DNA of 63,668 nucleotides, filler included, from Neoconidiobolus thromboides FSU 785 (Eukaryota; Fungi; Entomophthoromycota): NCBI GenBank assembly GCA_025603075.1. It is 6 parts of 6 records of this genome, joined end to end, with 100 filler letters (N's around TTAATTAATTAA, not from the genome) between each part and the next. Parts side by side here need not be neighbours in the genome. Positions count along the whole stretch, not along the records: positions 41,027 to 58,231 come from MU626582.1; positions 58,332 to 62,289 come from MU626796.1; positions 62,390 to 63,668 come from MU627002.1; 3 more parts are not named here. One strand, 5' to 3'. Shown piece by piece: positions 55,104 to 63,668 of this stretch (position 1 is its first letter; each line of letters starts with the position of its first letter). The notes under the pieces were generated by a model. It saw only the letters and a program-made list of their open reading frames with translations, ran no database searches and was not told where the DNA came from. The position numbers and the translations under genes were made by a program.

Positions 55104-55207
55104 ATATGGGGATGTTTTTTTAGCTTCAGCATTTTTTCTACCTTTTAAGCGCTATTTGAGTGGAAAAATTGTTGGTAAAATTCTTATACAAAAATACATC
55201 TCCATAT
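55104..55207 (-). mobile_element. MITE copy
   Basis: ATATGGGGATGT...ACATCTCCATAT. Confidence 0.88.
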
Positions 55208-55666
55208 GTAAAAAAGTAGAAAGTGATTTATGCTTTGCTTATATAGCTGATAAATTAATGCATTTTATTTAGTATCATTCAATTGGGAATTGCTTACACT
55301 GATGAGTTTAAAAACTTGGTTCAAACATAATTTAATTTCATTTAGAAATTTATGTAAGATAAACTTTAAATTCAGGAAAAAAGAATATCTATTTAAATAT
55401 TATTTTTATGTAAAATTTCAATTAAGGATATCAATCAAATGACAATAACTAATTAAATTACCTAACTATATTATTTAGATTTCATTACATTGATAGTAAT
55501 TGTTGTATTGTAGTTATTAGAATAATAGATTTATAATTAAATAGTTTTTAACTAAATGGTGACTATAAAACCAATATTATATTTTACTAGTTAACTTTAT
55601 CATTCGAAAATATTATAGTTATTGTATTATGGTATATATATTTGAATTAAGTTACAAAATGCTAAC

Positions 55667-55870
55667 ATATGAGGATGTTTTTTTTGGTTTCATCACTTTT
55701 CTCTTTTTTAAGCGCTATTTGAGCAGAAAGGCTTTTAGTAGAATTCTCAAAAAAATACATCTCCATATGGGAGTGTTTTTTTTGACTTCATTATTTTTTC
55801 CATTTTTAAGCGCTATTTAAGCGGAAAAATTGCTAGTAAAATTCTTAAATACAAAAATACATCCCCATAT
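55667..55870 (-). mobile_element. Two head-to-tail MITE copies (55667-55768, 55765-55870) sharing one ATAT
   Basis: Junction ACATCTCC-ATAT-GGGAGTGT. Confidence 0.88.
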
Positions 55871-56642
55871 GATTGTATTATGTAATATTGTAAATTTATT
55901 AATTTTTATAATGCTATATTGATTTTATTTTTTGATTTTCTGACATTCAAAATAGAGTCTAAAAAGAATAATTAAACACAAAACAAATCTAATAAGGCTA
56001 ATTTAATTTACTATATAATACAAAAGGTTTAAAATATAAAGAAGTATCATATATCATCATTCTTATTAAATATTATAAATCACTTGTATTTAAAAAAATG
56101 ATAATAATCTCATTTTAATATGTACTAATTTGATTTCAAGGTTCAGTTGCTTCCCAACTTTGATTTATTGTAAAAGGGGAATTTAAACATATTCTAAAGT
56201 TGCCATGCTTTTCTTGATTTTCTGAGTCTTTTACATAAACTCTGATTTTTTTCAACTTGCATTAACTGGGGCATGATATTTAATACCGGCTCGGCTTTTA
56301 GACCTTCACGATATTACGTTTTTAGATTATTAAATGAATTCGGATAATTTAAAGGTCCATTTACTTTCCTCAAGAATGTGGTCATCAGATTCTAAGCCAA
56401 TAAAACAAAACCTCGATTAAACTACATTACTAATCTATAGCATATCATTTCAGTCAAATGTTTGGAATAATAGTGAGTTCAGAATTCAACTAATGGAGTC
56501 CATAAATTTTAGTAAGCATAATTTCTAAATTAAGAAATTAAAGCAATACTTTATCCCCTTTCCAATAGTTTAGCCAGTGAAATCGGAAGATAAAAATCAT
56601 TATATAAGAAAAAAAAACTTCACTTTTGCTATTTTATAAATA

Positions 56643-58231
56643 ATGCTAACAGCAAACCGGGATACAAAACAAAAAGAAGTGGATAGTTCTTCTGAGTTAA
56701 ATCTTAAAGATGCCTGTAAAGAACTAAGTTTTATTTTGAATTTGTCATGGCCTATTGTTTTGGACGAAATTTTTGCTACTTCTCCAATGATATATAATAT
56801 GAGAATAGCGGGTTTATTGGGAACTTATGAGTTGGCAGCATCTACTTTAAGTATGACTATATTTCTTATCTTCGCTATGTCCCCATTGGCAGGGATTTTA
56901 ACCGGCTTAGAAACATTACAGTCTCAAGCAATTACTGCTTCAAGACATCCAAAGTGGGTTGGGATCTTAGCTCAAAGAGCTATCCTTATTATCCTTGCTT
57001 TATTTATACCCATCTTTATTTTTTGTTATAATTTTGAATCCATCTTGTTGTTTTTAGGACAAGAAAAAGAGATTTCAAAGTTAGCTGGAAAGTACATGTT
57101 TTATTTTTTCCCTTGTGTCCCACTATTGGCTTTAAATGAGGTGATTAAACGCTTCATGATAATTCAAGGTTAGCATATATTAATTCATTGTAATCATAAG
57201 TTCATTTTTTAATATACAGGCATAACTAAACCTTCATTAATAATATCTATCATTGTCATGCCTATTCATATTTGTTTAGTTTCATTTGCTACTGATACTA
57301 GTGGCTTAAACCTTGGTTTAATTGGAATCCCACTTACTATGATGATTATTGGTTCAATTCGACTGGTGCTATTACTCTTTTCAGTAAAGATAACAGGCGC
57401 TGACTACTACTTTGATGGTTTCAGTAAGGAAGCTTTTAAAGATTGGTTTCCATTCATGAAGATTGCCTTGCCAGGAATAATCATGATTGCCGGTGCTGTT
57501 TGGCCCATTGAATTTATCTCATTTTTAGTTTCTTATTTTGGACCTGCACCATTATCTGCTCAAGCTATTATTGGGGTATCATTTCAAATATGTGCTTTGT
57601 TTTTGGTGGCTTTAGCCTTAGGATCCTCTGTTCGTGTAGGCAACCTTTTAGGATCTAGTTTATTATTCAAAGCTAGACTAAATGCCAGGGTAGTATTACT
57701 ATTGGCTGTAGTACTTGGACTTTTCTTCAATTTTATATTATTTTATTTCCGTGCCAATTTCATTCAGTTCTTTTCAAGAGATGAGCAAGTGTATTTAATT
57801 GCTGATAAAATACTAGCTGTTGTGTCATTTGGATTGGTAATATAATTGTATATATAATTTGGGAATCTTTAATCAATTAATTATTTAGACTTTTTATTCT
57901 ATTGCTACTTTATCTGGAGCAATATTGAGAGGTCAAGGAAAACAAAGTATTGGTGCTTTTTTCAAATTAAGTGGATGTTATCTTGTTTCTATCCCACTTG
58001 GATGGTACCTGGCTATTAAGTTTGAGCTTGGTTTGCTAGGTTTATGGGTAGGCGTAGTTGTATCTTGGATTTACTGTGCTATTGGTGAAGCATATTATGT
58101 TTTAACTACAGATTGGAGAGAAGAGATTAGGCTATGTCATTCTCGTATCCCTGATGCTGAAATCCCAGCACTAAATAATGATTTTGATCCTTTAACCAAT
58201 TATGGTACTATTCCTAGTGATCCTGCTGTTG
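56643..58231 (+). CDS. MATE-family efflux transporter, copy B (3' end off contig); introns 57169-57219 and 57837-57888
   Basis: Inverted near-identical paralog of 41027-42615. Confidence 0.93.
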
Positions 58232-58331
58232 NNNNNNNNNNNNNNNNNNNNNNNNNNNNNNNNNNNNNNNNNNNNTTAATTAATTAANNNNNNNNNNNNN
58301 NNNNNNNNNNNNNNNNNNNNNNNNNNNNNNN
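58232..58331. other. Artificial contig linker
   Basis: 44N-TTAATTAATTAA-44N. Confidence 0.99.
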
Positions 58332-58344
58332 TTAATCTTTTAGG

Positions 58345-59035
58345 CAGAAACAAGGATGAAGAGGAGCTTAGCAATACTAAAAGAGATATCGAAGAGCTTT
58401 ATAGAAGGAGCTTGAAAAGAAGAGATTCTGAAAATATTGACAACTTATACAAAGTTGATTATCGTAAAATGCAACCATTAAAAATTACCAATGAAATCCG
58501 AGGGAACGTCAGAAGCGATATTGAAGATTTTGAGTTTAGAAAAGAAAAATCAAAATCTGGAAAACATTATAATGATAAAAAGGATTTAAAGAGACCAAAA
58601 AATCAGAATCATAAGGATACTGAGCAATTTATTCCTAGTACTTTCAGAAGCATGGGAGGTAATAGTAGAAACGATTTTGCAGATATTGAAGAACATATTG
58701 AAGGAGAAAGGGATGATATTGATTATCGTAAGATCCACAGTCATCCCTCTAAAAATGGACGATATGATCTTAGAAAGCTCAATGAATTTAGTGATGATGA
58801 TATCGACTTTCGTCAAATTAAGCTTTTTAATCCTAACAATCTTCGAAAAGAACTTGTTAGGAGTGATATTGATGATATCAGTGAATTCAGTTTTCGTAAA
58901 ATAAAGCCCGATTCAGCTGAAGTAAGAGCTAAAAAAAACAAGGTTAACAAAGATAACAACAGAAGAATACATGCTGTCAAAAACAATGAGATAGTTGGTT
59001 ATACAAGAAGAGACATGGAAGATATTTATCCATAA
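58345..59035 (+). CDS. Hypothetical charged repeat protein, last exon (5' end off contig)
   Basis: Frame is open after a probable acceptor TTTTAG; recurring DID(F/Y)RKI and KR/RR-D motifs. Confidence 0.65.
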
Positions 59036-59718
59036 TTTACTATTTTTATAAATATGGATTATTTATAAAATTTAAAATAAAAATTCATTCTTTCATATTT
59101 TATTTCTAATTACCCTTATTTGTTATTATACTATAGGATATTAATGGTTAATAATTTTTTATATTAAATTTTAACATAAAATATTTTGCAATTCAATTAG
59201 TTTAAAAGTTATATTGACAAAGTCAAAGCAGAATTAAACTTATACAATAAAACAACAATAAATCCGATTTTATGACTGCTGTTTGAGACTTGATCTTTAT
59301 AGTTGCTTAAAGTTTTGGGATAGTTTGGACTTACATTATATGTAAAAGAATGCAATAAAACCTAAATGGCTTTTTACAATATTAAAATCTATGGAGACAC
59401 TTTAAATTTGAATTCAACTTAACTGAAAGTAGTAATTTGGATGGCAACAAATTATACTACATAATAAATCAACTTCATATTATCTTTTATATTATATCTT
59501 TTTGAGAAATGTATAACTCCGATGGGTAGCAACTTTAAGCAAAGAAACTAACAAAGTATTACGAATTCCTAGTATTTTGTTTAGTTTAGTTTCTAGAATT
59601 TTCTACTTATAATTGCTAACTATCAGAGATTTATATATATTCCAAAAAGGTGTAATCTAAATAAAAATGTTTATAATATACGGATATTAAGCTACTTTAA
59701 CTCATAATTTATTTGCAA

Positions 59719-59818
59719 ATATAGAGATGCTTTTTTAGTTCCATTTTTTCCATTTTTTAAGCGCTATTTGAGTGGGAAGATTGTTAGTAAAATTCTTAAA
59801 CAAAAAACATCCTTATAT
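59719..59818 (-). mobile_element. MITE copy
   Basis: AAGCGCTATTTGAGTGGGAAGATTGTTAGTAAAATTCTTAAAC...ACATCCTTATAT. Confidence 0.8.
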
Positions 59819-60374
59819 CCTCAAAACTTTTTACTTCCAATTGTGTGAGTGCACAAAGCTTGAATGTGAAATTGTTTAATGGTGATTATGAAACTAAGGT
59901 ATAACCTCATTTTGTTAACTGATGCTATTAAATTTATGTTTATGAATGTAACAAATAACAATAAAATTAAGCTATATTATCAATATTAGAAGGAAATGGC
60001 TTCAACCAATAATATTCTACTTTAGAATTAACTTTAGTTGAAATCAATGGCATTTAATAAAGTAAATGCATTATGGTAAACGAAGTAGAATATAAAGCTT
60101 GAAATAACCCACTAAATTTGAATATTTAATACAATAATAAAACAATTTACTTTTATACAATACTCCAAGTTTAATATTAAAATGCGCTATATAAAGTTGG
60201 GATATCAATTCAACATAATTAATCTAACCTCAATGTATATCTTTGATCCATTCTATTTAGCAGGTATCTGTATAACATCTATACATTTAATAAGCAATTC
60301 ATTTTTAATTTATTTTAAAAATTATTAATTAAAGAGAACAATATCAAAGTAATTATAACGATAATCGCTTTAGA

Positions 60375-60478
60375 GTACAGAAATGTATTTTTGTACTTAA
60401 CGATTTTATTAGTAATTTTTCCACTCAAATAGCGCTTGAAAAATGGAAAAAGTGATGAAGCCAAAAAACACTTCCATG
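60375..60478 (+). mobile_element. MITE copy, diverged ends
   Basis: TTTTTCCACTCAAATAGCGCTTGAAAAATGGAAAAAGTGATGAAGCC. Confidence 0.75.
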
Positions 60479-61369
60479 CCTTACTCCAATTATCGTATTA
60501 TTCGATTTCATGTGTTATTTGATTTATGAGAAATGATTAATTGAAAATCAGTATGGCTGTATCTTTTATGAGTTTATAGTATTATTTAGTTATCAAAGTT
60601 AAATTATGTTAAGTTCTTTGGTAGCCATAGAAAAATTAGTCAAAATCAAAAATATTAATTTATTTATATTTATTATTATATAATAATTCAATCCTTTTTA
60701 CAATTTTATTAAGTATTTGTGATACAATCAATTCATTTGCAATTTCTTTGATAAAAGTAAGTTGTTTACTAAACTTCACCAGTAGTATATTGACTTCATT
60801 TACTTATCATTATTGTCTATTGAGTTATTTTATTGGTGTTAGATTATTGATTTATTCCTATTATTGTATAACAGGTGAAATTAATGAATTTAAATAAATG
60901 ATGAGTTTGGGATTGAAATCGACTATTGAAATGAGTAGTAATTGACTTCAAGGTCTTAAAGAAGCAACCATTAATGTTTATTTAATTTTATTTATCTATG
61001 GTCCATGTAAGTTAGGTTCATTTATTTATTTATTTTGTAAGTTAACATTAAAGTACAAATTTGGTGCTTCTTTTATGTATGTTTCAATATTCGATTCAAT
61101 TACTGCCTTTTTATTCACTTTGAATACGATTTCTACTACTTTATTAGTACTTATTTTACATCCTGGTATTGCTAATGAGGTTAACTGTTTGACTAAAAAA
61201 TCAGTTATAAATAAGTAAAAATGTTTATACTGAATTTATAACAAAAAATATATCCAGCTTTGTTGAATTTTAATTGATACTTTCTTTTTTACTTGGAACA
61301 ATCATAACCTTGTACTTTTCTGATTAATATTATTTAAACGTTTTAGTTTTCTTTGCTTTTAATATTTGA

Positions 61370-61470
61370 ATATGAGGATGTATTTTAGGAATTTTACTAA
61401 CAATTTTTCCGCTTAAATAGCACTTAAGAAATGGAAAAAATGATGAAACCAAAAAAAACAACCCTTATAT
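61370..61470 (+). mobile_element. MITE copy
   Basis: ATATGAGGATGT...GCTTAAATAGCACTTAAG...ACCCTTATAT. Confidence 0.82.
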
Positions 61471-62289
61471 AGTGAAATTCAAAAGTGAGTCGATTTGTTA
61501 CTTTCTATTTTTTAATGTTGAAATAAAAATAAGAATAAAAATAAAAATAAAAATAAAAATAATTGATTTCAATGTTCCAAATTAACTTTTCTCCCAGTGC
61601 AAATGCTTCTTAAATAACTTGAATTTGTAATCTTTTCAATTGATCGCTGTTTATTCTTTCAATCTTATTCCATCGTCCTATTATAACGCCATTCTATTAT
61701 AATAATTTGTTTGACAAATTCTTCAATTTTCTGTTAATATTTGCCATATTGATAATTATATAATAATTACTTTTTTGTATCATATATTATGTAGTCCGTT
61801 ATCTGATAGCAAATTAACAGTTCAATTAACTATTACTTTTATATATTTCAATCCCAATTTGAAAATTTGATGCTTTTTCTATAAAAAGTAAGTAATATTT
61901 ATTCAAAATCATAATCAATTAATTTACTCAACTTTAACTCACTTGTAAATTCAAAAAAATAAACTCAAAAATGTAAAATTCAAAAGAAGAAAAATCAATT
62001 GATTTGGAAGCAGAATAATTAATTAGAATTTTATTAACTTTCAAAAGTTAAATGAATGTCAAGTTCAAATATAGGAATGGTAGTATGCTATGGTTGCATA
62101 TAGAATATACAAAATCAAGTAATCCTATTTTTGAATAAATCAATAAAACAACACTATATAAAATGACTAAATCGAAATCTTATAAACAAATAAAATTTAA
62201 ACTCTGTGAGTCGTTAAAATATGAATTTGAATTTAGTTTCATTAGCTTATTTAATCTCTATCGTTGCTTGTGGCACTTCTGGAAGAGCC

Positions 62290-62389
62290 NNNNNNNNNNN
62301 NNNNNNNNNNNNNNNNNNNNNNNNNNNNNNNNNTTAATTAATTAANNNNNNNNNNNNNNNNNNNNNNNNNNNNNNNNNNNNNNNNNNNN
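62290..62389. other. Artificial contig linker
   Basis: 44N-TTAATTAATTAA-44N. Confidence 0.99.
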
Positions 62390-63668
62390 TAAGAACATGG
62401 GATTGATTTCCTCTGAACTCGAGAACACAACAGCTTAGGCGATTGTTATGTTATAATTAACCATGGGACTGACAAAGTGATATTTCACAAAGTATAATAA
62501 ATGACACTTAGATAATTTTAGTTAATAGTGGAGAAATTTTTTAAATAAATTTTATACAGATGAGCAAAAAGTATTGCCTACAAAGTTAAATTAAATCAAT
62601 TGTTTTTGAAATGTAACTTGTAATTGCACAGAAAGTTTATATAAGTACTAAAAATATTAAAATATTATAATTTATATGAAATACCACTAACTATACAAAT
62701 TTTCAGCTCTTAAAATAACTTATTTGATTTTTTTATAAAGATAAAGTAAGAAATTATTTGAAAATGACTTAGTTTAGTTTAAAAAACTATAGAAAAGTTA
62801 GAGTTTGGCAAAATAAAAAATAAATTCAAAAATTAGGCTTATCCTTTTAAAATACTTATTAGTTTGTTTATTTCTCTCAGAATTAATCTGAAAGTTTAAT
62901 TTAGTTTTTTTAAACCGTTTTCTAATAAGTAAAACTATCTAATCATATAAATTTAATAAAAAATAATTATTAGTTCTATAGTTTTACTAAACTTATTTTT
63001 ATTACAAAAAAAATCATATTGGTTATATTCTTTGAAGTAAAATTAAACTATCTTAAAAAAGGCAAGCTCCTATGTCTTTTAATAACATTAGTTATTTTTT
63101 TGTACAAATAAATGATGATGTTTTTTAGCTTTTAAAATAAATTAAAACTTTATCTAACAAACAAAGATAAAAATAACTTAAGTCAATCATTTTATTATTG
63201 TAAATCTAAAAAATAATATTTAATAGTATTAGCTTATAAAGTTGCCTATATTAAAAATAAAAAACCTTTTTTCTATAGAAAAATTTAATTATTCTAATTT
63301 AAAAACAATTCTAAAGCTTTAACAAAGTTTTATTATAATCAACTTATTTTAATTTTAAAAGTTAATAAAAGTATTAAAGCTCTTTTAAAAGCGAGTATTT
63401 TTTGTTAGTAGCAAAACCAGCTTAACTTTAATCTTATACATGGTTTTCAGGTTATAAGCATTTTTTTATAACACTAGGTTTTAAAAAAAATTAAATCAAA
63501 AGAATCACCTCATATTTTTTAATATTTGTTTCAATAAATGGGGTTGTCTGTATTAGTTTCATTATTTATCCAATTTTTGAAAAAAAAATTGTATTTTAGA
63601 AACTTCGCTTAAAATTCTATAAAATCATATCTTTTATTAAAACAAAAGTACCCAGACACAGTTCTAAA

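Noticed and set aside
62250-62289. GC-rich contig end that may be the 3' tip of a minus-strand gene
   Set aside because: Only about 13 codons are visible and the frame is ambiguous.

Overview
This AT-rich eukaryotic window has short (mostly ~45-70 bp) GT-AG introns. Gene content and style fit an early-diverging fungus, most plausibly Entomophthorales (Conidiobolus/Neoconidiobolus-like; inference). It is not one locus: five artificial 100-bp linkers (44N-TTAATTAATTAA-44N) join six contigs (1-12229, 12330-30797, 30898-40926, 41027-58231, 58332-62289, 62390-63668), so adjacency across linkers is meaningless. Genes: a GT15 mannosyltransferase 3' end, a DHA2-type MFS transporter, STT3, MRD1, KRS1, ADE5,7, a cytochrome P450 plus a tandem paralog tail, a secreted S1 protease, Sec61-beta, NPL4, ESF1, a FUSC/ArAE-type membrane protein and two inverted MATE paralogs. 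Several features are missed or mistranslated by the ORF track: two BPTI/Kunitz-domain gene ends, decayed NHA1-type, KDM3-type JmjC and F-box/LRR genes, about 22 copies of a ~105-bp MITE, and a ~200-bp-arm inverted repeat. Best leads: (1) the inverted MATE pair is identical except for dense patches in predicted pocket helices; (2) animal-type Kunitz inhibitors carry an extra Cys; (3) the S1 protease has an elastase-like pocket and a KR-preceded Gln/Trp/Pro repeat inside the catalytic domain; (4) the MITE insertion footprint can be read from a JmjC reading frame.
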